Source of the DNA: an uncultured Planctomycetota bacterium
GTDB lineage: Bacteria; Planctomycetota; Planctomycetia; Isosphaerales; Isosphaeraceae
Assembly: GCA_963823665.1 (NCBI GenBank)
Contig: CAWGMQ010000010.1
Coordinates: forward strand, 1,184,001 to 1,248,000
Length of the DNA stretch: 64,000 nucleotides
Direction: 5' to 3'
The notes beneath the pieces are model-generated. The model made no database searches and was not told where the DNA came from. It saw only the letters and a list, made by a program, of their open reading frames with translations. This document shows positions 30,063 through 41,765 of this stretch, in pieces. Position 1 is the first letter of the stretch. The number at the start of each line of letters is the position of its first letter. The position numbers and the translations under genes are program-made.

Positions 30063-32000
30063 ATGGCACCGCGCGGGCCGCGGCTGTTGGATGCGATGAT
30101 CGTGGTCGGCGCGATGGCCATCGTGCTCGCACAGATTCGTGGGGAATACTTCTTGCTTTGGCTACACGTTTGGTTTTCTCATTGTGTGGTATGGGCGACG
30201 CTCTCGGCGCCCATTGTTCTCTTCGGGCGCGAGCGGGTTCGATGGAACTTCTCGGACCTTCTGGCGTTCCTCATCCCGTTTGGAATCTGGCTCGCGCTCA
30301 TGAACCACTCTGATGAGGGCAAAAGCTTGTCGAACCTTGCTGAGGCATTCTATTTCAGCTTCGCGATTCCGGTTGCTGCGTTGATCCGTGTCGTCGTGGG
30401 GGGCCGTTTCGACGAGAGGGTCTGCTCGATCACGCTGGTCGGCATCTTGAGCCTTGTTGCCGCCGGCGTGTATCGGTGGATGCCGGCGCCTTCTCACGCG
30501 CGGGGCGTACCTCCGATCCGGCGACCGGTTTTGGAACCGCAAGTGCGCTCGCCGACGGAGGAGCCTTTGGCCCGCGCGTATGATCGGGCCGTCGTACCGC
30601 GCTTCGCCGAGCGCGATTCCGTCGAATTAAGCGTGGTGGATGACGAGACAAGTCGGCACATCGCGGAGGCCGACGTCAGAATCAGCAATCAGATCGATTT
30701 TCGGACTCATGTGCTTCGAACGGGGCCGCGCGGTCGTCTCCGCGTCGAGTATCCATCGCTGCACGGAAAGCCGTTGCTCAACGTCGAGGTCCGGAAAGAC
30801 GGCTACGTGCCAGTCGGACATGGTTGGGGATTCGAGGGCAGTCCGGGTCCGCCCGAGTCGTGGACCTTCCGGCTTCGGCGCGGCACCACGATGGGCGGCA
30901 TTGTCGTGGCCGAGGCCGAACGGCCCGTGGAAGGCGTGACGGTGCTGCTCACCGTCACTCGATACGGCGCTGGAGCCCGCCCTGCCAATTCGACTGCCTC
31001 TGAGTATTATCGCGACATCCCTTCGCGCACGGGGCCCGATGGGCGCTGGCGAACAGACAGCGTGCCGCCTGGCGCCGACGGGGTCAAGCTTCGATTGATT
31101 CATCCGGACTTTGTGAGCGATGGAATGCCGAGCCGCGATTCGCCGGCGCGCTCGCCGCGCACGGCAGCGCTCCGGGAGCAATCGGATCGTCAGGTCCTTC
31201 TCAGGGGTTCGGTGCTGAAAGGCCGGGTGATCGACGAGATGGGGCGACCGATCGGGGGCACCCGGATCGATGATGCGACCAGACTCTTCGGATCCTCGGA
31301 ACCCTACTGGTGCCGTATCTCCGATGCCAAGGGTAATTTTTCGATCCATCTACCTCGCGGCAAGAGTTTTTTGCTGACCGCGGCAGCGGCTGGTTTTGCG
31401 CCCGGGATGCAGGTCGTGACTCCCGACGCGGACCAGCCCATCATCACGTTCCAACTCTCGCGAGGAAAGGCGCTCCGCGGTCGTGTCGTTGATCCAGCGG
31501 GCCATCCCATCGAGGGGGTCCGGGTTTACGGCGAGATATTGCTGGCGACTACGCCCCTGACTTTCCATGCGTGGACGAACGAAGAGGGCCAGTTCGAATG
31601 GACGGATGCTCCCGCCGAGGCCGTGGACTTCCGGTTCGCGGCGCAAGGCTTTATCGACGACGACAGGACCCATCTGCTCACGGCCGGCGACGGTGTGGCC
31701 GAGATCACTCTGCGGCCCGCGGTTGACTTTCAGATCGTCGCGATCGATGCGCAGACTCGGGAGGCCATACCGAGATTCCGGATCCAGATCGGCACTCATG
31801 ACCCCGCGACGAACGACTGGCGCTGGGGACCGCGCATGGGTCGGTCTCCCCCGAAGGGATTTCAGATCTTGCTGGAGGCTGAGAGAGGCCCATATCAATT
31901 TCAAGTCAGCGCCGACGGTTACCTGCCGGCGCGGATTCTCGTGCCGAGGGAGCGAACGGTGATGCGGGGCGTTATCCCGCTTGAAAAGGCAGCGAGATGA
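30063..32000 (+). CDS. Membrane-anchored protein with tandem carboxypeptidase-regulatory-like (transthyretin-fold) domains
   Basis: N-terminal TM helices; repeated GxVxDxxGxPIxGxxV...TxxxGxF...AxGF/Y motifs; GGAGGG RBS. Confidence 0.75.
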   Translation: MAPRGPRLLDAMIVVGAMAIVLAQIRGEYFLLWLHVWFSHCVVWATLSAPIVLFGRERVRWNFSDLLAFLIPFGIWLALMNHSDEGKSLSNLAEAFYFSFAIPVAALIRVVVGGRFDERVCSITLVGILSLVAAGVYRWMPAPSHARGVPPIRRPVLEPQVRSPTEEPLARAYDRAVVPRFAERDSVELSVVDDETSRHIAEADVRISNQIDFRTHVLRTGPRGRLRVEYPSLHGKPLLNVEVRKDGYVPVGHGWGFEGSPGPPESWTFRLRRGTTMGGIVVAEAERPVEGVTVLLTVTRYGAGARPANSTASEYYRDIPSRTGPDGRWRTDSVPPGADGVKLRLIHPDFVSDGMPSRDSPARSPRTAALREQSDRQVLLRGSVLKGRVIDEMGRPIGGTRIDDATRLFGSSEPYWCRISDAKGNFSIHLPRGKSFLLTAAAAGFAPGMQVVTPDADQPIITFQLSRGKALRGRVVDPAGHPIEGVRVYGEILLATTPLTFHAWTNEEGQFEWTDAPAEAVDFRFAAQGFIDDDRTHLLTAGDGVAEITLRPAVDFQIVAIDAQTREAIPRFRIQIGTHDPATNDWRWGPRMGRSPPKGFQILLEAERGPYQFQVSADGYLPARILVPRERTVMRGVIPLEKAAR

Positions 32001-32302
32001 GCTTCACCGGGAGTTTGCGGGCGGGAGCCATCCTTCAGCCTCGAATTGCTCACCCCGCGGCGTGTTCCTGACGGGCTGTTTGTGGCGGCGGGGCGGGAGG
32101 GATCGATGAATAGAAAAGCCAACGTCGGGCTGACCCTGCTCGGCATCGGTGCCCTCTTCTTTTGCAGGCCGCTCGGGGCCATCCCTCTGATGTTTTACGG
32201 GATTTATTTCGGGGAGGCAGACACCCACGACTCGGATGTGGAAATCGGCGCCCGTCGTCCGAGTGTCGGCACCAGGCACGGAGATTGGGTGTCTTGCTTT
32301 CC

Positions 32303-32388
32303 CAACAGCGGCGGGGTCGGAGACCCGCGCCGAACAGTTGGAGACCTGCGGTCACAACAGCGGCGGGGTCGAAGACCCGCGCCGAACA
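32303..32388 (+). repeat. Tandem REP-like palindromic repeats (GGAGACCTGCGGTC / GCGGGGTCGGAGACCCGCGCCGAAC family)
   Basis: Two near-identical 34-bp copies at 32303-32336 and 32355-32388; related inverted copy at 63600-63648. Confidence 0.8.
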
Positions 32389-33613
32389 ACAGTCCCGGCG
32401 AGGACGCAGAACCGGGCTCGCGCGACCGAGGGGCGGAGGGCAACAGCCGAAGGGCGGAGGGGCGGAGGGCGGAGACGTGTATCACCTGGCAAGATCAGAC
32501 CGAGCTTGGCTGTCGTTTATTGAGCATTTGGCAATGTCAGTTTCTGGCAGAATCGGTGCACGGACCCTTGCGTTTCAGTCATTGCGATCGTGATGATCGT
32601 TATCGTCGCTCGGACCGGCAGAAGAAATCCAGATTTCCTGATCGACAAATTAGCGAGTGCACGAGGTTCGTCATATAATCTATCTATCTGAGTCTCGATC
32701 GCTGACACCGGAGTCGGCACGGGGCAACGACGACCACCGCCGTCTCTTCGTCCTCATCATCATCACCTTTTTCTTCTTCTCTCTCGCCCTCTCGAACCGG
32801 GGAACGATTCGTTTGTTCACTCTTGCGCCTGTTGCGCGACTTGCGCGGTTGCTCACCAGCCCGTCGCAGCGGGAAAGAAGGGGGCGAATTCCGTATGGAA
32901 TGGGCGAACGTGGCGCTACGGGATTCCCTCGGGTTTTGAGCGGAACGGGGATCGGGACGCCCCCACCGCCGTTGAGAGTGAGTTCTTACCGGGCCGACCG
33001 AGCGATCGTCGAGCGGAACTGGTGGCGTTATCCTCTTTGTTTCTGGGCACTTCCGTGCTGCCAAAGGGTGTTTTCACCAGCCGGAGGACTGGGCGCGAGG
33101 CCGCAATGAAAATAGACCGCTTTGGGCCCTGGAGTCCCATTTCGTCCCATTTTGTCCCATTCCCTTATACTTATCGGAAATGCGCTGCATATGGCTCGGG
33201 GGTTTGCCGCAGAGTGCAGGAGGGCGCGTTGATCTTGTGCCGAGGGAAACTGGCTCAAAGAAAGAGTGCGCGGGAGGCGTCGGAGACGAAGTTCAACGCT
33301 CAAGGCCGGGCGTGGCAGGCCGAGGATGGCTGGACTGGACTTGGAGCGGCTTCATCGGGATGGCGTGCCCTGGCGGGCTGTTCTGTTCTGGAGAATTGGA
33401 AGAATGGGATCGAGTTTGAAGCATGCGGCTTTTTCAACGACCGGAGGCGCGGGGAAGAACTTTCCGCGCATGGGTCGATGATCGCAGTCGGAGGAACGGC
33501 CAAGCGTGCGCCGCGTAGACCGGACCGAGCGAGAGTAACAGGAATTTCTCGCGTGGAGTGCAATAGAGTGCAAGATAGTGCAACGATTGAAAGACCGCGA
33601 AAGCCCAAGGGAT

Positions 33614-33700
33614 CGTCCGGCTAAAGCCTGAGCTGCTTTGACGGGGTCGTCAGGCTAAAGCCTGACCTACTTTGGGTCGTCAGGATAAAGCCCGACCTAG
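33614..33700 (-). repeat. Cluster of three GTAG-type REP sequences (consensus GTAGGTCAGGCTTTAGCCTGACG)
   Basis: Copies at 33614, 33648, 33678; further copies at 35096-35119 and 53448-53470. Confidence 0.8.
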
Positions 33701-33712
33701 TGTGAAACATCG

Positions 33713-33851
33713 CGAAATGCGCCGAACGAACCCAATTCAAGCCACGTGGCCGGAAATACGCAACTTGCTTTGAAAACTGGGATTGCATCGTGATATCAAA
33801 ACGAATTGGGAGTTGACAACGTGGCCGGAATTGCGAACGAACCCAATCACG
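33713..33851 (+). repeat. Dispersed ~135-bp element bounded by direct AACGAACCCAAT motifs, copy 1
   Basis: Aligns along its length with 34871-35008; motifs at 33725 and 33836. Confidence 0.85.
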
Positions 33852-34870
33852 CCGCGCTGTGAAGGTCGGCTTTGCGCTCTTTCCCTCGTGCGCGCCCCTC
33901 CACCGTCTGCGGCGACACCTCTCCCAGTGCGGGGGAGGAAATGCAGAGCCGAAACTCGATCGACGCGGTGGCGGGGACTGGACTTTCGCGTGCGCCGCGC
34001 GCGCGTCGAGGAGGAATTGCATTCGCTAATCGGTCTAGTCGCTGGAACCCGGAAACTTTCTGGAAATCTCCCGGTCGAACGCCGGCGGAATCTGCAAAGT
34101 CGCCGCATATTGTATATGAGGGAACCTCCGGCGCGTTGTGTTCTGCGCCGGGGCGAGCTGGGTCATGGCAACCGGCGCGTTCTGAAGACACAACCAGAGC
34201 TTGGAGGAATTCGTTCATGACGGAGGGAAGTGTTCCAGGGGCTCGAAGCTCGTGGCTATTGACGTACGCCACGTTGGGGCGGGGCGCGGCCGAGGCGGGC
34301 AGGAGTGGCGGCCCTGTGGTGACTGGGCCGGCGGGCGCGTACACGCTGGATTCAGATCAAGTTCGGGATTCAGAATCCGGCCCCTTTACACTAGTGTACG
34401 GATGCTTGAACACGCCTCAAAAGCGCCACTTTGCGCCACTTTCCGCCATGTGTTCGACGGTTGACTCGGGTGGATTCATTCTTTGCAAGTTCAATGGACG
34501 TCATCGATTGGGAACGGCGTGAGGCGTTCTTCGGTAATGGCGCACGCGAGTGGCGCGTGCCACCAAGAACTGCCACGACAGACCGATGGTGTTGTACAGT
34601 ATGTTTTCTCGTCCCCCTTTCTACTGCACTCGGAGGGAGATCCGCGCTTCCCGGCGTGCGCGGTCTTCCGAGGGCGCAGGCCCGCCTCGGCCACCTGCGG
34701 CGGCATCTCCCCCACGAGGGCTGGAGCTATGCCTTCGCGGGGTGGGAAGAATCCCTTCGCGAAGCGAAGGGCGACAATGGGGTGCGACCCACAGAGTCTC
34801 AACGTTGGGACCGAAGCATGGAGGTCATCCGTCCTGTTCCCGCAGATAGGCCCTTGTTGAGCCAGGCCCG

Positions 34871-35008
34871 GAAATTGCCAAACGAACCCAATCTGGGTGA
34901 GGTGGCCGGAAGTACGCAACTTATTGTGAGCACTGGGATTGGGTCGTGAAATCAAAACGAACTGGGACTTGACAACGTGGCTGGAATTCGCGAACGAACC
35001 CAATCACG
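34871..35008 (+). repeat. Dispersed ~135-bp element bounded by direct AACGAACCCAAT motifs, copy 2
   Basis: Motifs at 34881 and 34993; shares GTGGCCGGAA.TACGCAACTT..CTGGGATTG..TCGTGA.ATCAAAACGAA.TGGGA.TTGACAACGTGG core with copy 1. Confidence 0.85.
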
Positions 35009-35184
35009 GGGTCGACACGGATTCCCGAGCGAAGCCGGTGCGTTGCGTCGCAGAACCAGGGCGATGCATCGGAGACCAAGGGCGATTCGGGAAATCGTCA
35101 GGCTGAAAGCCTGACCTACGTCCGGTTGAACGCCGGGATCAACGCTGGGTTGGATTTGCATCTCGCACCGCGAGCACGACGAAC

Positions 35185-36483
35185 ATGATTCATGTTGGAT
35201 TTGCCGAGACTGACATCACGCCGAAGCCTGGGTCGCAGAGCCCTGGGGGTATGCAGGCGCGGCGGTTGAACGAGGTTCATGACCCGCTCAAGGCCGTTGC
35301 CATGGTGATCAAGAGCGAGGATGCAACCGTCGCACTTGTCGGGATCGACGCGCTGTTCGTCACCGAGGAGACGACAGCACGGGCGCGTGATGCCATTACT
35401 CGCGAAACCAGAATCCCGGGCGCGAATGTTCTGATCGGGGCCAGCCATACGCATGGGGGTGGGCCGATCGCCTCGTGCTTCGAATCCGAAGCGGATCCTG
35501 CGTATCTGGAGCTCGTCGCCGGCCGGATCGCCGAGGCCGTTGGCTCGGCTTATCGGTCACTGCATGCGGCCGAGCTTGGTGACGGGACTGGCCACGAGCC
35601 GAGCATCAGCTTCAATCGCCGGTTCCTGATGCGCGATGGGAGGCATGTTACGCACCCTGGGAAAGGCAATCGCGGAATCGTCAAGCCGGCAGGGCCGATC
35701 GATCCCGATGTTGGTGTTCTGGCGGCCCGTTTGCCCGGGGGCGATCTACTGGGCGTGTTCGTCAACTTTGCCTGCCATCTCACGGTGATGGGCGGAAACG
35801 GGTTCACTGCGGATTATGTTCATTATTTGCGAGAGACTTTGAGGAAGCACTACAAGAAACCACAACTGCCGATCGGTTTTCTGCTGGGGGCGGCGGGCGA
35901 TGTGACGCAGGTGGACAACCTGCGGCCCGGCCGCGAATTCGGGGAAGAGTGGGCGCGGATGTTCGGGCTGGCGCTTGCGGCCGAGACGGTGCAGACCGTG
36001 GAGCGAATGGGCTGGAAGAAGGATGTTGTGGTCCAGGCTGCTCAGACGGTCGTGAATATCCCGATCCGCGATTCAAGGGAGGCGGAACGTGCCACACCCG
36101 CGGTGGGGCTGGGATCTGGAGAGGTCGTGGACAAGATCTATGCCCGGGAGCGCGAGCTTGTGGCCCAAGAGCGTGCGAAGCGGCCGGTGATTCCGTGCGA
36201 AGTGCAGGCCATTCGAATTGGCGAGCTGGGAGTTGTGACCAACGGTGCTGAGTTCTTTTGCGGGCTGGGGCTGGACATCAAGGCGGCGAGCCCGTTTTTG
36301 CGAACATGGGTTGTCAGTCTGGCCAACGGGTGGATCGGGTATGTGCCGACGGCGTCGGCGTATTATGCGGGGGGCTATGAGCCCCGGACGGCGCGGAGTG
36401 CCAAGCTGGCGGCCTGGGCAGGGCAATCGATTGTTGAGGCGTCGCTCGAGGCGCTTGGGCGAGTTTATCAAGCGAAGAGGTGA
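35185..36483 (+). CDS. Neutral/alkaline ceramidase-like amidohydrolase family protein
   Basis: VGFAETDITP..G...VHDPL.A, ASHTHGG, FNRR, GPIDP, VNFACH, GAAGDV, EFF..LG..IK, LANGWIGYVPT..AY..GGYE. Confidence 0.75.
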   Translation: MIHVGFAETDITPKPGSQSPGGMQARRLNEVHDPLKAVAMVIKSEDATVALVGIDALFVTEETTARARDAITRETRIPGANVLIGASHTHGGGPIASCFESEADPAYLELVAGRIAEAVGSAYRSLHAAELGDGTGHEPSISFNRRFLMRDGRHVTHPGKGNRGIVKPAGPIDPDVGVLAARLPGGDLLGVFVNFACHLTVMGGNGFTADYVHYLRETLRKHYKKPQLPIGFLLGAAGDVTQVDNLRPGREFGEEWARMFGLALAAETVQTVERMGWKKDVVVQAAQTVVNIPIRDSREAERATPAVGLGSGEVVDKIYARERELVAQERAKRPVIPCEVQAIRIGELGVVTNGAEFFCGLGLDIKAASPFLRTWVVSLANGWIGYVPTASAYYAGGYEPRTARSAKLAAWAGQSIVEASLEALGRVYQAKR

Positions 36484-36488
36484 GTATG

Positions 36489-38067
36489 TTATTCGCCCCG
36501 AATCCAGTCTTGGGCGGCTTTTTCGGCTGCGGCACGGGTGGGCCATGGGGTGGCTTGCCAGCTTGGGTAGTCGCCCGTGGGGGAGGTCATTTGCTGGACC
36601 CATTCCTGAATGATTTGCGGCGACTGGCTGAACGTGGCGGCGCGCCGGATTGTGCCGTTCCCGAGAGGCTGCACGAAGACGACGGTGTAGTAGTAAAGGG
36701 GGTCGTACGGGCGTTTCTGTGCGACTTTCTGGATGTAGTCGGAAAGCTTCTTGTCGAAGCGGGGGGGCGGATCGTTGAAGAACTTGTGAAACTCGGCGAG
36801 GTTTTCGGCAGGCGTGCGGGGCTCGAGGGGCGGGATTTTTCTCATCGCGTTCAGGTAGCTGACGAATTCCGTTTTGTGCTTCTGGGCCAGGAAATGGGTG
36901 AGTGCCCATGCGAGAGCGTAATCTGTGGGCGAGAGCGAGGGTTTGAGCAAGAGAGCCTCGGATGGGGACGAGGCGTCCTTGCGGGCGACTTTCCTTGCGC
37001 TCGAGAGCGGGTCTTCGAGCTCACGAATGGTTGCCATGTGCAGCGAGTTGATCGCCGCGACGCCGCTCCACATGATGCCTTTCCGCGTGATGGCGGTGGT
37101 GGCGCAGTATTCGGCCAGACCTTCGATCAGCCAGGGGGGCCAAGCAGCGAGACGGGGCTGGACACCGATGTTCGAGAGGATCTGGTGGGCTCCCTCGTGG
37201 GCGACTGTTTGAGGCTTGAGAAGTGCGGCGACCTTGGGCTCGCGAGCATCGTGATCGGACTTCTGAAAGAAGAAGATGCGGTTGGTGAAGTATTCGTAGT
37301 AGGCTCGGACTTCAGGATCGACTTTTTTGTGAGCGCGGAAATCGGCCTCGGTTGCGAAAATGACGGCAACCAACGGGAATTCCGACTCGTGGACGGGAAT
37401 ACTGTTCCTGCGGAAGGTGTCGATCAAGCCACGATAGAGGTCTTCGAGCAAGCGGCCGCTGTCTTCGGCGAACGCGCGAGTCGACTTGTAAAAGATCAAG
37501 TAATGATCGGTCTTCAAGAGCGGGTAGCCGAAGTAGGGACCGTCTTTCTCGTGGAGGAGGGTCGCGAGCTGCTCCGAGTCGAGGGGCTTGAACGGCTCGT
37601 CGGTCGGCACCAGGACGACGTTCAAGGTTCCGAGCTGTCCGTCGGGCAAGATCAGGGCGGTCTTGTCGCGGTACTGGCCGTAGAGCCGCGCGACGACGCA
37701 CTGGTTAAACTGATCGCGGACTCGAAAACGAGGTGCTCTTGTGATTTCAGCATCGTCGATCGCGTTCGGAGTGGGGACTGTGGCCTTGCCGCGGGGCGGT
37801 TGGGCCTCGCCGTTTGGTCGGCTTCGCGCCGCCGGCGCCGCGAGGGGCTTGGAAGGGGCAGTCGAAGGTGTTTCTTGCGGACGGCCAGGCGGAGGAGGGG
37901 CGACGGTCTGGGCGGGTGCACCTGGGGGCAAGGCGGCGGCGAACACGACGGCCGCGCCACGGCACGACCAAGACGCGCGTCCAGCCACTCGGCCGGCGTT
38001 TGAGGCGTTTGAGGCGGATGCGGAGGGCCTCACCGCAGCCACCGGGGACGTTGACCGCGCGCTCCAT
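36489..38067 (-). CDS. DUF1570-type zincin-like secreted protein (probable frameshift near 37960)
   Basis: TVAHEGAHQIL.NIG..PPWLIEGLAEY and YALAWALTHFL; likely start ATG 38067 with AAGGA RBS, in a different frame from the body. Confidence 0.75.
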
Positions 38068-38415
38068 GGCCGTTGTTCCTTCGCGGGCTTCGTCTGAAGA
38101 AATTCGGAGAGTCGCTCAATTGAGTTTAGCAGGCTGTGGGCGTGGCGAGAAGGCGTTGCTCGACGGAAACCTGTACGATCGCCAAACCTCCAAGCGTTGT
38201 GCAACGTACGGGCTGTATGGGAAACTGTGACGTGGGTGTGCGACCGTGCGCAAAGAAGACAAACAGCAGGCCGAGGGAGCAGGGCCCGGCGTGACCGGTG
38301 CCAGCCACCCCTTGACCGGTTTGCACGACGCCACCTAGCATGAATCTTACCCGCGTGTTGCGTGGGAGATCTGGAACTTATTCGTCTATCAACTCGATTC
38401 GAGTGGTTGAATCTG

Positions 38416-41400
38416 ATGCCCGAAACTGAGACGAGCGATTCGATACCCGTTGATGATCCGACCGGTGCCAGTGCCACCGCCACCGCTGCGGCGCCGGAGG
38501 AGGGAGCGGAACCCGAGCCTGCGCCGGAACCGATGACCCCCGAGCGCGTTTCCCAGTGGAACGCGTACTACGACGTCTATGTCAAGTGGGCGGCATTGAT
38601 TCTGGTCTTTATGGTCGCATGCAATTACGTGACCGAATCGCAGGTGTGGCTGCATTTGAAGACGGGGCAACTGATTTCCAAGCAATGGGCTCCGCTCTTG
38701 ACTGACGAGTTTTCGTACACGGAGGCCGGGAAGCCGTGGTTCAACGTCCCATGGCTGTTCCAGTGGGTTCACGCCTTGTTGTACGACTACACGTACGGTC
38801 TGGTTCCGGTGGACACGATTGACCCGACGGCAAACCGCGCGAGGGCTGAGCAGATTGCGGTTGGCACGCTGGTCGTTTTCGATGCGCTCATCCGGTTCTT
38901 GACGGCGTGGGTGGTGCTCAAGTTCCGGCATCGCGGGCCGGGTCTATGGTGGTCGGCGGTTTGCATGACGCTGGCGCTGGGCGTGATGATTGACCCGCTC
39001 GCGGGCATCTCCATGGGAGGGATTGCGGGGCCGTCGTTCGTGCTGCCGGGGACGTGGGGCTTGTTCTTCCTGGCGCTGGAGCTCTGGGCACTTTTCCGGG
39101 CGTTCTTCCAGGGAAGAGGCTTTGGGCTCTGGTTGTTGCTGCCGCTGTTCGTACTGTGGGCGAACGTGGACGAGTCGTTCTTGTTCGGGCTGGTGGTCCT
39201 GTTGAGTTCGGCACTGGGGTACGCGATGGATCGGGGACGGATAGACGCCTTGCTCGAGCGGCCGGGTGAAGAGGGCGAGGGCGTTCTAACGGCGGCGAGG
39301 AAGCCGGTGGGACCGATGGTTCCGCTCGTGGTCTCCGTGCTTTGCGGGCTCGTGTGCCTGGCCAATCCGTCGACCTGGCACGCATTTGATGTGGCCGCGA
39401 GTCCCTTTTACCGGCTGTTCCAGAATTCATTCTTCAACCCGGCTCTGGAGAAGAAGTACCAGGATAGCTGGTACTTGCTGCCGACATATTACCTGGTGAT
39501 AGTCGCTCTGGGCTTGGGCTCATTCCTGCTGAATGTGCGCCGGTTCTCGTGGGCGCGATTCCTGCCGTTCGCGGTGATGGCGGCGATGTGGGGCGCGATC
39601 ATGCACGTGAACGCGATTTTTGCCCTCATTCTCGCCTGGGTGGTGGCACCGAACGGTCAGGAGTGGTACCAGGATCGCTTTGGCGTCGCGGGGCGGATGG
39701 GGAGGCGATGGACGGTGTGGTCCACGGGTGGTCGCATGGTGACACTTGCACTCGTGTTCCTGCTCATGAGTAAGGACATCACGGGCTGGGGGAATCCGAC
39801 GCCGGGCATCCAGTTCGGGCTGGGATTTCAGCCGGATGCATTCACGCTCGAGGCGGCTGAATTTCTGGACCGCAACAACGAGATCAGCGGGAACATCCTG
39901 AACACGCTGACGGAACAAGGAGATCTAATAATCTGGAAGTCGGCTTCGAAGCGGAAGACGTACGTCGACGGGCGCACCCGGCTCTTTCCGCGAGAGCTTC
40001 AGGAGCAATTGAACCGGACGCGGCTGGCTTTGAGCGAAGATGATGTGGCCGGCTGGAAGCCGCTCTTGGACAAATACCAGATCAGCGCGATCATGATCGA
40101 GCCGCCCGACTCTCCGAAGACGTATGTCAAACTCATGGACAGTCCGAACTGGATACCGTTCTATGACGACGGCCGGATCGTGATGTTCGGCCGCGCGGAT
40201 GCACCTGCCACGGACCTGGCGTTCTTCAAGGCGAACAAGCTGGACGGCGATCTCCTGGCATATTACACGACGCACATGGTGCCCGGGGCAGAGCGGCCGC
40301 CCAACCCGACGTCGTGGATCGACGGAGTGTTTCAGAATCGGACATTCAGCCGGCCTCAGTCGCGGGTGCTCTCTTCTCTTCGCTGGCTGAACAGCCCGAT
40401 GCAAGAGGCGGCGAGAGCCAGGGAGCGGAACGAGGTGTGGATTCCGGACCCGGCTCACTGCATCCTGGCGATCCAGGAGGCCCGCAAGGCACTGGCGCAC
40501 AGCCCGGACGACTGGGTCGCATTCCGGAGGCTGAAGGATGCTTATGCGTATCTGATGTTTCAGGAGAACGCCATGCTCTATGGCGTTCCGATCACGCACG
40601 AGAACGGGGCGAGGATCCTCAGGCTTCAACCCAAGGTCGAGCTGCTCATGAATCGGATGCAGCAGCGGGCGGCGGCGCTCAATTATGCGATCCAGACGAC
40701 GCCACCCCCGAAGAATGCGGCGGAACGTGTGGAGAAGGGGCAATTAAACCTCGAGCTCTCGGAGCTGTACTTCCAGATCGGTGCGCGAGATATGGGCGCG
40801 ACTGTGTACGGGCATTCGTGGAAGGCGTGCAGCCCGGCGATTACACGAAGGAGATGATGGATCAGATCAAGCGTCAGCTCAGCGAATTCGATGAGGCCGT
40901 GAAGAAAGTCAACGACAGCGTCGACGACTTCGAAGTCGAGCGGTCCGCGGGTCCGGTTGACCGGGGAACGTTCGCTCTCAATCAAGGCAACACCGGCCGG
41001 GCGATTACGGAGCTGGCGGAGGCGGAGCGAAACCTTGTGAGCACTGCGGTGGTGAAGCCGCGGCTGGTCGACCTGTACTGTAACACCGGACAGCCGGACA
41101 AGGCGCTCGAGCTGCTATCGACGGGTGCGCTCGAAGACCCGAACCTGGGTGTCGAGCCGGGCGCGGGTGCGTTTCGCCAGGGCCGCGTCTACTTCTTGCT
41201 GGGAAATTACCTTTCCGCCGCTACACTCTGGCATGAGCGTGCGATTCCGCGGGTTCGGGCCGAGCGCAGCGGCAGAGTGCTCGCCTCGGCGGTGGGGTTG
41301 ACGCGAGGCGAATCGCTGCAAACCACGAATGCGTTCCTCGGTCTTCCAACGTCGCTGAGTCAGCAGGCGGCCTGGCTTTACGATCTGGGCATGTGCCAGC

Positions 41401-41753
41401 TCGAGGCCGGGATGCCCGTCGAGGCCGCCGAGAGCCTCACGAGCGCGCTCACTCTGGCGCCGGGACTTGGCGTCCGGCCGATCGCGGCATATTACCTCGA
41501 GAAGATGGGCAAACCCGTTCCGCCGCCGATGAAGCCGATTGGTGCTCCGGAGAAACGCGATGCGCTACCTGCGGATGCGCTGAATACGAACCTCCTGTCG
41601 CAGCCGCCGATCAGCCAACCGGCCGGAGCGGGGAAGCCCGCGGCCGAGAAACCGGCGGCGGCAGCGCCGGGGGCCGACCAAAGGAAGCCGGAAGGTGGGG
41701 CGGCACCGGCGAGTGGTGCCGGTGCGACCCCGTCCAAGAAGGGCGGGTCATAA
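38416..41753 (+). CDS. Polytopic membrane protein (GT-C-like N-terminal half) with C-terminal TPRs (frameshift near 40795)
   Basis: WLHLKTGQLI..DEFSYT..WFNVPWLFQ, LWANVD, YVDGRTRLF, many TM segments; helical TPR-like tail in ORF 40314..41753. Confidence 0.65.
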
Positions 41754-41765
41754 GATCGGTTCGAT

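Noticed and set aside
32303..33700. CRISPR array from the short repeats at 32303-32388 and 33614-33700
   Set aside because: Only 2-3 degenerate copies, spacers too short and irregular, no cas genes; they match dispersed REP-like palindromes.
32000..35180. ORFs of 100-216 aa in the repeat island, such as 32046..32678, 32684..33064, 33022..33624 and 33872..34522
   Set aside because: No recognisable motifs, atypical composition, and overlap with REPs and repeats. A short real gene or fragment cannot be excluded.
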